From positions 1,984,001-2,048,000 of the forward strand of contig CM030335.1 of NCBI GenBank assembly GCA_017654855.1: DNA of 64,000 nt. The letters are read 5' to 3'. This DNA comes from Podospora anserina (lineage: Eukaryota). The position numbers and the translations under genes were made by a program. How positions within the stretch are numbered: the first letter of the stretch is position 1; every line of letters begins with the position of its first letter. Positions 13,154-25,054 of this stretch are shown here, in pieces. The notes beneath the pieces were generated by a model. The model made no database searches. It was not told the origin of the DNA and worked only from the letters and a program-made list of their open reading frames with translations.

Positions 13154-16100
13154 ATGGACGTCACAAAACCAGACCCGGATGCCGAGGGTGTCGTCATGCA
13201 ACAGAGTTATCCCTCGCCTATGGTCGACAGCGCCGATGCCCAGTACTACCAGCTTGCCAACCACCGCGAACACGATGGGCAGATGGCTGCTCATCAAGGG
13301 GGGCAAGAGGTGCCGGATGGATTGCCGAACTTGACGGCGCATCAGGAGCATCATGAGCACGAGGAACATCACGATTTGCATGAGCTTCAAGAGCTGCAGG
13401 AGCCACCTGCACCGCAGCAGCATGATTCGAGGCCACAGGTCAGCGCGGATGAGCTTCAGCTTGCGGCTCAGTTGACGCAGGGCTTGACGCAGGGGATGAA
13501 CCAGATGATGGCGCCGGCTGATATGGCGACTGTGGAGAGCGAGGTGCAGGAACAGCAACCGTTGCCGCAGCAGCTGGGGGAGGAACATCAGCAGCATCAG
13601 CAGCAGCAAGCGGAGGTGCAAGCTCCATCGGTGCCGAACCTTCAGGAGCAGCTCGAGGCCTCGCTTCAGAATCACGAGCGGGAACTGCAAAACCAGAATC
13701 ATAATCTTCAGAACCAGAACCATGAGCATGAGCTCCAGGATCACAACCACGAGCTTCAGGGTCATGAACATGAACTCCAGGCTCATAACCATGAGCTGCA
13801 GAACCATGGCCTTCAGGTTGAGAATGTGATGCCGCATCATGAGCAGACTCAGACACATCACCATTTTCCTCAGAATCCGCCGCCGCCGCCACATCTCCCG
13901 ACGCATTTGTCTATGGAGCACATGCCCAGTGTGCACCCGACATATCAGATGCCAGATAATACTCCGCCAAGGAAGCGATCCAAGGTATCTCGGGCCTGTG
14001 ATGAGTGTAGGAGGAAGAAGATCAAGTGTGATGCGCAGTCGGAAGCGAGTGAACAGGCGTGTTCGAATTGTCGAAGGTCTAGTGCTCAGTGTCTGTTCAG
14101 TCGGGTGCCTCAGAAGCGTGGTCCGAGTAAAGGGTAAGTAATCCGTCATGCTAATCAGGATACATGGACAAGGCTGACATGTAGTAGGTACATCAAAGAA
14201 CTGGCCGACAGGATCAACTCCATCGAAGGGAAGCTCAACAGCAACGTGGCTGCTGACGGGTTGGAAGATACCACCCGCAGGTCATCCTCTGAGGCCTTTG
14301 CCTCCCCAGTCCTGGGTGACGACGGTCGGAAGCGTCCGTTTTCGAGCATCTCAGCCGATCCCTACGCTACGGCTGCTTCTCCAAATCGTATCCCAACCAC
14401 ATATGGTACCGAACACAGGCCAATATTACCCTATGTTCACCCAGACTTTAGGCCGCCGAATCCAGCCAGCGCGAATGATTTGGCGCTGAAGACTATGCCC
14501 CCTTTGCCTACCTTTCCTTCGGGCAACGAGCTAGGTCTACAGTCTCAGACAGCAGATGGGTTGATGGATTCAATATCACCCAATGGAACCACTGGTCAAA
14601 GTCATCAACCTGACCACCACCACCACCACCACCACCAGCAGCAACTTCCCGAAATCGATGACGCGACCTTTGATAAATATCTCGAGGCTATTCACCCTAC
14701 GTTTCCTGTTTTGGCTTCTACAAAGGCTCGTGTACAGTCATTACTCTGGCAAGCGAGTTTTCCATTACAAAATGCCTTCCACCAGGCTTTCTTTGCAATG
14801 ATACAGCCTTTCTCACCAGAAGTTCCAGGAGGGGATTTGATGGTAGCCAGTCGGCTTCTTTCCGCCGAACTCGCTCAAGGGGGGAGGTCACCGCCAGAGG
14901 ATTTACTCACGTTGCAGGGGTTAGTAATGTTGATTATTGCTTCTGACTGCCAGGGTGTGTCAGCTGGAACTGCAAAATGGAAGAATGGGGTCTTCGGACA
15001 AGCGGTTGGTCTGGGGTGGGCGATGGGGTTGCATACGAGGCGGGTGCCGGAGGTGGAGGAGGGGTTTGATCCGAACAGTGATGATAATGTTGGGTTGAGG
15101 GCGTGGTGGGTGCTGGTTACGTTGGACAGGTGGGATGCGGCGGGGAGGGGGAGGCCGACGTTTATGCCGAATGACACGGTTGTTGTGTTGCCTGGGTTGA
15201 AGGCGGTGGTTGGGGAGGGGGTGTGGGAGCTTATAAGTGAGTTGCACTGTGCCGTTTCTTGAGGTGGGTTATGGACTAACATGTGGACAGGACTCTCACA
15301 CGTGCTGGGCTTCTTAATCCCTACGATCTCCACAATGAGAAATTCTCTCGATCCCTTTGCGGCTTCGGCATCACTCGTCATGGCGGAGAACTATGCCCTT
15401 ATGGCAGCGGAGATGGTGAGGCTGGCGTTTCCAACGGGGGCGGTTAGCACTGGCCCTGTGGTGCAAATGGCCTATTGGCATGTTCAAATCTTACGGCAGC
15501 TGGTGGGTGCCTCTCGCGTACCGTTGCGGATTTTGGAGGCGTGTAAGAGCCAGGTATCGCTGCTGGCGAATAGTCACGAGGTTGTTTGTCCTTTGACGCA
15601 TCACTTTTTGGGACTGGTAGGAGTGGCGCTTGTGGAGCTGGGAAGGGTAAAGGAAACGGAAGAGGAGGCAGGGGAGTTGGTGGGGTATCTGTTGGAGTAT
15701 AGGATTGCGGCTTCGAGTTGGAATGAAGAGGTTAGGAGGGGGTTGGAAGGGGTGAGGAGGGGGAAGGGGTTGAGGCGGTTGGCGGAGTTGGCTACGGGGG
15801 ATGGGCAAGGGAGAGGGGAGATGGGGAGGGTGTTGGGAGAAGGGTATTTATCTTTTTGGGAGAGGAGTGACGAGGAGGGTCGTGTAGAAGAGGCAGAGGG
15901 GCATGGTCAGCAGGAGGAGCAGCAGCATCATGGGGAGGTACAGCAGCCCGAGGCCCCACTACAGGAGGCCCAGCAAGGACAACAGGAGGATGTGGTCATG
16001 CATGATGAGCCGGATCCTGGGCAGGCACAACGAGCGCAGGAGGATGAGGAGAAAGCTGCTCATGCTGCTGCTGTTGCGGCTGTTGCTGCTATCAAAAGTG

Positions 16101-16285
16101 CTGGCTTGTCTGCTGCTGGCGAGGCGGAGACGATTCCTGCTCCGGTTGGGGAAGGTGGTGTGTCTAAGACGGAAGAGCAGCAGTTACAATCTCACCCGCA
16201 GGTAGAAGGAGGGCATCAAGGAGGGGATATTGGGTTGGGACTGCAGATGGCGTTGGGGGTGGCTCCACCGCCGGCGGCTGTTTAG
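13154..16285 (+). CDS. Zn(II)2Cys6 transcription factor, Rgt1-like; introns 14134-14187 and 15237-15290
   Basis: CDECRRKKIKC-x10-CSNCRRSSAQC followed by FSRVPQKRGPSKGYIKEL, which resembles the Rgt1 zinc cluster and linker; fungal TF middle homology region (YLEAIHPTFPVL, WWVLVTLDRW). Confidence 0.88.
13670..13810 (+). repeat. In-frame 21-nt degenerate repeat encoding H-x-H-E-L-Q-x heptads
   Basis: Translation HERELQNQNHNLQNQNHEHELQDHNHELQGHEHELQAHNHELQNH. Confidence 0.8.
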
Positions 16286-17361
16286 GACGGTAATGATGCT
16301 GGTGGGGCAGAGGTAGTGGATTGGAGTTTCTGGTATAATATGAATGTTTAGTCATTGCGGAGGGGGCGGCGGTTGGTGAAAGGTATATATACCAAGAGCG
16401 AGGGATAGCGCCGGGGCGCGGTGGTGAGTGTAGGTTAGGAGAATACATCATACCCTTTTGTTTGTGTTTTTACTGTTGGTCTTGTTGAATGATGGGAAGA
16501 TGCTGGGTCGTATGGAGATGAGGATCATCATTGATGATGTCCCCACTTGAACCCCGTCGTGTATCTGTTGGTCTGATTCGCAAGGGACTGTAAGGAGGTA
16601 AGTTGGAAGCTGCTTTCAATTTAAGGTTACCTTTTCAAGATATCAGTCGCAGTCTTTATCATTGAGCGACCCTACCTACCTACCAGAAAACGATCATGAC
16701 AGTATTATCGGTGCAACCAAAAGCTGTAGTAAACCAGGCGAGATAACCCCCCCAGCGGCAACACCACCCCTAAACTCCCCCAATCCCACCCGGATTCCCC
16801 ATCCCACCTCAAGAAGCCGACGTCGTCCAAATAAGCTTTTCCCAACGCGACAAAAAAAGCCAATGACAACTTGTCACCAATCCCCCCCGAGTAATGTCAG
16901 AGACCAGGGGGGCCAACAAATCCCATTTAGTTCCATTCCAAGAAACCAGACATTGAGACGACGGCGAGAGAAAATAGGTCTTCTGTTCTCTCTGTTCCAA
17001 AAGCTCCAATTAAACCCCAACTCCTCCCTAGTCGTTTCAGTTGCCTGGGCCTCCCCAAATTTCCTGATCTGCATCCATCACCAAAAAAGACAAGTCTAAA
17101 CAACAGCATATATTTACCAACCAAAAGGAAAATATATATATATATATTCCCCGACGCAAAACAAAAAACTCACCTTGCATGACATTTTTTTGATGGCACC
17201 ATCACCTCCCCAAGCTAGCACAAGAAATCCGAGGCGACGGAGCGTACATTGTACCATCTCCACACACCCTATTATCACACACCCCACCCTGCCCTCCCTC
17301 TTGCTTGCCCGTGTCAGGCAAACAAAAAATCCACCAACCAAACCAACCCAAGGGAAAAATT

Positions 17362-17838
17362 ATGTGCATGCAGAAAGACAAAGTCTGGTTAGAGTGCAAT
17401 CACCGCGCCTTTTTTCGCTTCGAGCCCTGCGCCAGGCTCGGCCACGGCTGCTTCGGTGCCGGCGGCGACCACGACGAGGTGCACGTGCAAGATATCTGCG
17501 CAGACTGCAAGAGAAAAGACCCCAACCCTGCCGCCCGCGAGGCCGAGAGGGTGAGGAGGGAGATGGAGCTGCGCGCTAGGAGGGCGGAGGAAGAGCGTGT
17601 TGCGCAGATCAAAAGGCTTCAGATTGAGGCTAGGAGGAGGGCAGAGGATGCGAAGAGAAAGCAGGAGGAGGAAGCGCTCAAGTTGGCGAGGAGAAGGGAG
17701 AGGGAAAGGCGGCAGCTGGAGAAGCAGGTTGATAATAAGGCTGCGAAAGCTCTGGAGAGCCATAAACGGAAACATGAAGGGGGGGAGGAGGATGAACCGA
17801 AGGCTAAGCGACAGAGAGGGAGGGGTGGCGGTGGATGA
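17362..17838 (+). CDS. Small protein with Cys/His-rich N-terminal domain and charged helical C-terminus (158 aa)
   Basis: MCMQKDKVWLECNH...C...C...CADC then E/R/K-rich helix and NLS-like KRK/KRQR; TA-rich element upstream near 17131-17147. Confidence 0.7.
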   Translation: MCMQKDKVWLECNHRAFFRFEPCARLGHGCFGAGGDHDEVHVQDICADCKRKDPNPAAREAERVRREMELRARRAEEERVAQIKRLQIEARRRAEDAKRKQEEEALKLARRRERERRQLEKQVDNKAAKALESHKRKHEGGEEDEPKAKRQRGRGGGG

Positions 17839-18795
17839 AACCGCAGGATGAGTTGAATGCGGTTGACAGGCCGATCAAAGTTTGAGGGTTGTCGAAGCGT
17901 CGATGGGGAAGATGCCTGGCATTTACAAGCCTCATATCAGCGTTGTTGTCTCTATAACTAGCAACTTGGCGATCAGATGGCTCCGGGCACATTGCACACT
18001 GGTTCGAGAGGGGGTGGGGCAGAAAAGCCTCATACTTGTCATGGCTAGTCAAAGGAAGACAACGGTGGCGGGTCGAGGGATGAAAGGCAGCCAGCTCTCC
18101 CAAGCCGCTGAGATATGGCTAGCCGAGGGACATGAGTAGCCAGGAGAAGGAATGTCGCAAATGGTGAGTAGGACCGCTTTCTGAAGACCTGATATATTTG
18201 CTGACAGGTCCAGCCTAGGAAACAGTTCCAAGCATTGGGATGGAATCCAAAGATTAAATCCGTGCACGGACCAAATGTTGGTTCCGAAAGGATAAACACT
18301 CGCTAGGAGATGTCCAGGGCCTCTTATAAATAACACAAGACAACCGCCCAAAAACCAGACTGGATGTAGATCAAACTTAGTGGTTGAGAAATGGGGAGCG
18401 GGAGGTATCGGTTGTAACGAGTGTTGTAGAAGAACGGTTTGGGGTTTTTGAACTCCGATTCAAATTTAAATTAATCACTTTCGTGCCGTAGACTAGCAAG
18501 AGCCATCAACTGATACCACACATACAACAAGACATGTCGTCGAAGAAGGAAGGAGCTGGTGTGTTAGTCCCCCTTTCAGCTTGGCAGTTGGCCGCCGGTC
18601 TGCGAGCATCCGTCAAGACATTTGTCAGCTACGTCATACCACTCAGTTCCTTACTGAGAAGACACACGTGATTTCGCGACATTCCGTGCCACGCAACCAA
18701 ACGGCCATGCGCGACAGGCAGACTCATCAGCGTGCATCTCAGCCTTCTGATTTTGATCACATCACAGATCCCATATGAGCGCTGCTGTTCGCATC

Positions 18796-21389
18796 ATGCC
18801 TGGAAGGAAACGAAGCGCCCCGATCGACAACCCCAGCCCACGGACCACCCGCGCCACCCGCTCCAGCGCTCGCAGGACAGCTGCCAAAAATGACAATGAT
18901 GTTATTCCCGATGTGGTCAAAGAAATGGTGGTGGAAGTGAGGAAAGCGAAACAAGCTGCCGCAGAAAATGAAGACACTCCAACAGAACCGCCACGAAAGC
19001 GGAAACGACCCGGGGAGAAACCCGCCAAGCCATCCAAGGAGAATGACGCTGGGAATGACGGCAATGATGAGGAGATTGAGTTTGAAGATGTTCCAATACC
19101 TGCTCCGACCATCCAGACCATGGTTAGAGACACGGATGACGAGGAGGATGACGATGACGATGACGATGATATCCAGTTTGAGGACGTCAATATCAACGGT
19201 GCTCAAGCAAACACAAGATATGAAGGGCCGAAGACGTTGGATCTTGATCTCACTGCTTATATGGCCTCGTTGGCTCCGAAAAAAGGAGACCGTCGCAAGG
19301 CATTGGGGAGGGAGGAAAAGGACCGTCGTATAGAGACACACAAGGTTCATCTTCTCTGTCTGCTGGCACACGTAGAGTTGAGGAACCGGTGGTGCAACGA
19401 CCCCGAGGTTCAAGATGCTCTTCGTCCGCTGTTGTCTCGGAAAACAGTAGGATTTTTGCGTCCGAGGGCAAGTCTGAACCAGTTCAGCCGGACTGAATCA
19501 CTGAGAAGGGGTATCTCCGAGGCCAAGGAGGTGTTCAGAACCAGGTTTGAGATCACCGAGCGAGGGCTACAGAGAGCCCTCTGGGCGGAAAATCTGGACC
19601 AACTGAAAGATTACAAACCACCCCCAGACGCGGAAACCACCCGCAACAAAGCCGACTTTCTCAAAGCAGCCCAAACCCTCCGCGGCTCCCGTGACGTCGG
19701 CGCCCAGCTCTTTTGCGCCCTCCTCCGCTCGGTAGGAGTAGAAGCCCGTCTGGTCTGCTCCCTCCAACCCCTCGCCTGCGTCGCAGGGGCGCCGGCCATG
19801 CCCAAGCCATCATCCAAAACCACGCCGAAAGCTAAACAACACTCCAAAGCAGAGCAATACTTAGCAGCCGTGGCCAAACACGAAACAAAACTCACCCCCA
19901 CCACCCCTGGCACAATCCCCCGCTCCCGTCTAGGCCACCCAGACGCAACATCCTACCAAATCCCCTCCCTCCTCGCCCCTTCTCCTTCTACCCCCCCTCC
20001 TTTACCCACCCCTAAAACCCAAGTCAAAAAAATCAAAGGCGAATCCCCCTTTCCAATCTGCTGGGTCGAAATCCTCGACCACGCCCACCAGAAATACCAC
20101 CCCGTCGATCCTCTAGTCACCTTTTCCCAGTTCAATCCCAAGGTCTACGAACCCCCCTCTTCTGACCTCCTCAACTCCCTCACCTACGCCGTGGCCTTCA
20201 ACCCCGACTCTTCCTGTCTCGACGTAACCCGCCGTTACGCAAAAGCGTACAACTCAAAAACCAGACGGTGGAGAATCGACGGCTTAGTTTCATCACGCAA
20301 CGGCCTGAAAGGGGAACGCTGGCTGAGGGCCGCGCTGAGGAGGTACCAGCCCCCGTCCGTGACGGACTTGCTGCAGATTGAACTCAACGAGCTGAAAGCG
20401 GCCGAGCTGAAGGAGCCGATGCCGAGGAATGTGATGGATTTTAGGGATCATCCTGTTTATGCTTTGGAGAGGCATCTCAGGAGGAATGAGGTTTTGGTAC
20501 CAGGGGCGCAGGTTAGCGGGACGGTTGGTAGTGCGGGGGGGAGGGGGGGGGGTTGGAGAGGATTTACAGACGGAGGGATGTCAAGGTGGCGAGGACGAGG
20601 GAGAAATGGTTTAGGTTGGGGAGGGTGGTGAAGGGTGGGGAGGTGCCGGTGAAGGTGCTGCCAAAGATGAAAAGGAAGAAAAAGGGGCGGTTGGGTGATG
20701 GTGATGATGATGAGGAGGGGGAGCAAGGGGCAGGGAATCCAGTTTTTATTGAGAGTCAGACGGAGGTGTATGTGCCGCCTCCGGTGGTGGGGGGGAGGGT
20801 GCCGAGGAATAGGTTTGGGAATGTGGATGTTTATGTGCCGAGTATGGTTCCACGGGGGGGGGTGCATCTACCTCATGAGAGGGCGAGGAGGGCGGCGTTC
20901 GTACTGGGGATCGATGCTGCGCCGGCGTTGACGGGGTTTGAGTTTAGGGGGAGGCAGGGGACGGCGGTGTTGAGGGGCGTTGTGGTTGCGGTTGAGTATA
21001 AGGGGGCGATGGAGGCGGTTATTCAAGGACTAGAAGATATGGAGGTGGAGGAGGAGCAGGAGAGAAAAACGGGAATGTTGCTCGCCGTCTGGAGAAGAAT
21101 GTTGAAGGGGTTGAGGATTAGGGAGAGGATCATGGATGGGGTGGATGAGGAGGCTGAGGCGGAAGCCGAGGCCAGAAAGCAAGAAGACAAGGGTAAAGCC
21201 AAAGAGGTAGACATGCCTGATTTCGACGACACCGCCACCCCCTTTCACGATGACGAAGATGAAGACTCAGCCGGAAGGGGTGGTTTCTTCCCATCCACCA
21301 ACCTCGACAGCGATGACGAAGGGGGAGGGGGTGGGTTCATGGTAGAAGAAGAAGAAGAAGAAGAAGGCGGCGGCTTCGTGATAGAATAG
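18796..21389 (+). CDS. RAD4: Rad4/XPC nucleotide excision repair protein; frameshift in G-runs at 20535-20552
   Basis: HKVHLLCLL, GSRDVGAQLFCALLR, WVEI, DVTRRYA, DFRDHPVYALERHLRRNE (BHD1), then ERIYRRRDV and VPRNRFGNVDVYVPSMVP (BHD2/3) in another frame. Confidence 0.92.
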
Positions 21390-21414
21390 CCTTTTTTTTT
21401 TCCAATCCCAGATT

Positions 21415-22301
21415 TCAATTCTCACCCTCCCCCTCCTGCTTCCGTCCCTCCCAAAACCCCCTCCCATAACTCACCATCACCTCCTCCCCCCTCTCGATCC
21501 CGGTATTCAACCCCTTTTTCCCCCTAGGCAAAACCCACACGCTCATCACCTTTTGTCCCGTCCTCTCATCCCACGCGACTTTGAACTCGGCGTTTGGCTT
21601 CCCCTTTTGTTGCTTTGGTGGTTTCTTCTGCCCGGGGACTGGCTCCGGGGGGGTGAAGGGTATACCGCGGTAATCGTTCACGAACCTAGCCTCGTTGCCA
21701 GCTCTGGCTGCGTCGACGGCGACATCTGCGTCGCGGTCTAGCCAGAGGTCGTAGTCTGATTTGGTGTAGTCGTAATCTTCGTCTTGGAGGCCGGGGCCGG
21801 AACCGGGGTGGTAGTGGCCTAGGTAGGGGAGGATGAGGGTGTCTGGGGGGAGGTGTTGGGTTGCGAAGAGGCCGGATTGGCCGTGGGCGGGATCTAAATG
21901 GGGTTTAGAAGGGGGAATAAAAATGGGGGAGGGTGAAGAGGAGGGGGGGGACGCGACATACGTTTTGGATCAGTGATGGGGGTTATTTTGACGTGAGGTG
22001 CTGGCCCGAGGGGGAAAGATCCCGGGATGGTGGGGAGGTCGGGATCCAGGGTGCGGAGGAGGGAGAGTTGGGAGGGTGTTATTTGAGGGGAGTAGGCGGG
22101 GGTAGTGAGATAAGGGAGGGATTTGGGCCAGTTTACGGGAAAGGGGTCGTCGTTGCTGGGAGTGGTGGATAGCGTGGGTTGTGATGGCGTGGGTTGTGAT
22201 GGCGGTTTTGAGGGTGGTGTTTCTTTCGTCATTTTACTCGATTTGGTCCTTTTTATACTGGACTCGTTGGCGGGGTGTTTTCTTTTTCGGGTTTCTGACA
22301 T
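21415..22301 (-). CDS. Small SET-domain protein; intron 21894-21961
   Basis: Spliced product HPAHGQSGLFATQHL...ILPYLG...VDAARAGNEARFVNDYRG...PNAEF...GEEVMVSYGRGFW. Confidence 0.85.
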
Positions 22302-22578
22302 GTTGGTGATATAATGTCTTTGGAAGTGGTTGGTGGATGAGAGTTGCTTTTGTGGGTGTGAAGCAGGTTGCGAGATGGAAATGAGAAGTCTAAGTTGAAG
22401 TGGTCAGTGCGAAGTTTTGCCGGGCTTGCGACATTGCAACAATCTTCAGACTCTGGGACAAGCCGACATTTCCAGGTTCCTGAACAAAAAAAAAATTTAA
22501 AAAAAGCAATGATTCGATCTGTGATGGCTATAAGTGAGCACACATAGACCAAATAACAGAGATCATGAGGTAAAACCA

Positions 22579-22692
22579 AGGCTTCGAGGCATGGTAAATA
22601 GGCCTTAAAAAGATAATTAAGAGGCCTAAAAGGATAGTGAACAGGCTTAAAAAGATAGCTAGGAAGGCTATTAGTTATCTTTTAAGAGCTAC
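22579..22692. repeat. Degenerate AT-rich copy of the AGGCCT-periodic foldback repeat seen at 29807-29965
   Basis: AGGCYT-like cores at 22579, 22600, 22622, 22643, 22665 with AAAAGATA / TATCTTTT spacers in inverted orientation. Confidence 0.65.
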
Positions 22693-22935
22693 CAAATATT
22701 TTTCGAAGATTGGTTCAGTATTTTGCAGTGCCAGTTATTATGTCCACGACGTAGTTCTATGTACAAGTCGACTTCGCAGACGACAATGTCTTGGAAATGC
22801 TATCGCTATCGTACAGTCGGGTCTGGCCCAAGACTGGAAATTAGTCTTGGGCGAAGAGGCTACCCAGATTGTTGTATATTTGGCTTTGTTGTTCCGGGGA
22901 TGGTGTAACGGAAGACAATGCTCGCGCGCTCGGCG

Positions 22936-24654
22936 TCATACAACCTTCTCGAACCGGAGATACAGCTGCTCGCTTGCAGGACGTGAGGTGTACCCATCTG
23001 ACTGATTCGCTACACCCTCATCATTCACAATGTGGCTGGTGTAGTTGGAGTAGATGGCCGCGATCATGAGTTTCATCTCTGTTGAAGACGTCAGACAGGC
23101 AGAGATGCCATCAAAAGCATGAGCACAACTCACCATTCATTGCAAAGTTGGACCCAATACACATCCTACCGCCTGAGCCGAAAGCCCAGAATTGCCTGTT
23201 CCGCAGTTTCCTTTCGTCTTCTGTTCCCGTACCCGGCAGCCACCGAGTGTGGTCCCATTCCTCAGCATCTGGAAAGACTGCCTCGTCACGATGGAGAGTA
23301 TAGGCCAAAGCTGCCACCCTCACGCCACCCGGTACATGGTACGAGCCTAGACGACAGCCCGCCTCAGGAGTTTGACGTGGCTGTGGCCCAGGGATTGGCG
23401 CGTGAAGGCGTAGTGTTTCTGTCAGTACGGCGTGAAGTAGAGGGAGACTGTCCAACTTTTTGGGATCCGGCATATCAATCGTTCCATCTGGGCGCTGTCG
23501 CAGGTTTGGTGTCATGCCCAGAAGTTCAGTTCTCAGCTTCTCTTGCAGTTCCAATGACTGTGATAGCCTCCAGGTTAGATATGTAAGGGCCAAGCCAGCC
23601 GTTTCCTGGCCTGCCAGCACATGGTCGAAAAGCTCTGATGCAACTGACAGCCGGAAGTTGGACACAGCCGGATACAGGAGCGAGTCCTTGCCCTTCGTAG
23701 TTTCATCTTTCCGAAGCCCACCAACTAGACTTTTCCATACTACAGGCTCATCCCTTGGGTCAGTGTTAGTTGTGTCGGGAGAGGCGGATATCTGATCACA
23801 GAGCCGTAGACACCAGTCGCCAAGCTCCTTATTGGCTGCATCCACCCACTTGGGGCAAAAGGGAATGCCAATCTTGCGGCAGAATCTGGTGAACTGTGGC
23901 ATCTCTTGATCGTAATATCCATAACCCTGGCGGGCCCTGTACAGCTCGAGAAAGTGCTCTCTGTAGGCCTTGTCGCCTAGAAAGTCGGTTCCATTCCTCA
24001 GCCCAAAGAGGTAGCCGGCGATAAAATCCATCGTTGCCGCCATAAACACCGAATAGATATCGATGCCATGGGGAAGCTGGGTATCTTTGGCGGACCGTTC
24101 AAGAATCGGCAGAATCCTCTCGGAAAGAATGGCGTGCCCTTGGGCTGAAGCCGCCGGACTCGACTGCATGTATGACTTGGAGTAGACATGGGATATCAAC
24201 CGCTTCCGTGCCGAGTGCTCGGCAGAAGGTCTTGCCGAAAACATGCAGACAGCGCTTTAGAAAGTGTGTAAGCACAAGTAGAAAGCAAGACGATTGATTG
24301 CTGTCTGTGCGTGCCATACCCATAGTTGTCAAAGACAGAATACCACGAAGTCTTCTCAAATCCACCCTGGTAAACAGTGCGGACACAGTCCACGTCATCG
24401 ATGCTCAGTTCGCTGGGCCCAACTCGGACTATGGGACCGTGACGGCGGTGGGCGGCAAAGAGTGTTTTATTTTCTCGATGGGTGAATCGAATCCGCAGGA
24501 TCCAGAGGCGGGAAAACGGGACGGACCAGTGAGCGTTGGGAATGCGCGCAAGAGGGGAGAACAATGCAGGCCAAAAGATGAAACGATATGTCAGAAAAGC
24601 AAACAAGGCGGCTGCGGCGCAACTCAGCCCTGTGAAGCCACCAGCCATCTTCAT
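22936..24654 (-). CDS. Cytochrome P450; introns about 24255-24319 and about 23078-23133
   Basis: N-terminal membrane anchor, HGPIVRVGPSELS, AGQET I-helix, ETLR (ExxR), FGSGGRMCIG heme motif. Confidence 0.93.
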
Positions 24655-25054
24655 AGGCTTCCAAAACGTCTCTGACTCTTTTCCCTTTTGATGCGGGCTC
24701 GCTTTCAACGTGCATGAAAGATTGATGACTGCAGACAGGTTGGGAGTCAATTGGCCTTGGCCGGGTAATCTGGCTGCCCGATTGAGATTCGAGCGGATGT
24801 CTTATTGGTCAAGATCTTTACGCTAGTCCTTTTGTGGCTAGTGCGGCAGTTGAGTCACGGCATTGATAGATGACCCTCGGAATCCACTTCAGAAGTTCCA
24901 TCCAGTGTTGTGTCATTGGTTCCTGTCAACCAAGTCAAAAGCAAGCAGCAGACGGTTGATATTCAACATCAACGTCTCTTCATCTTCATACAACCTTTGC
25001 TTTACAAACAGCAAACTGCGTATATTTCATTGGCCGCTCTTAGTTTCAGAAGCA

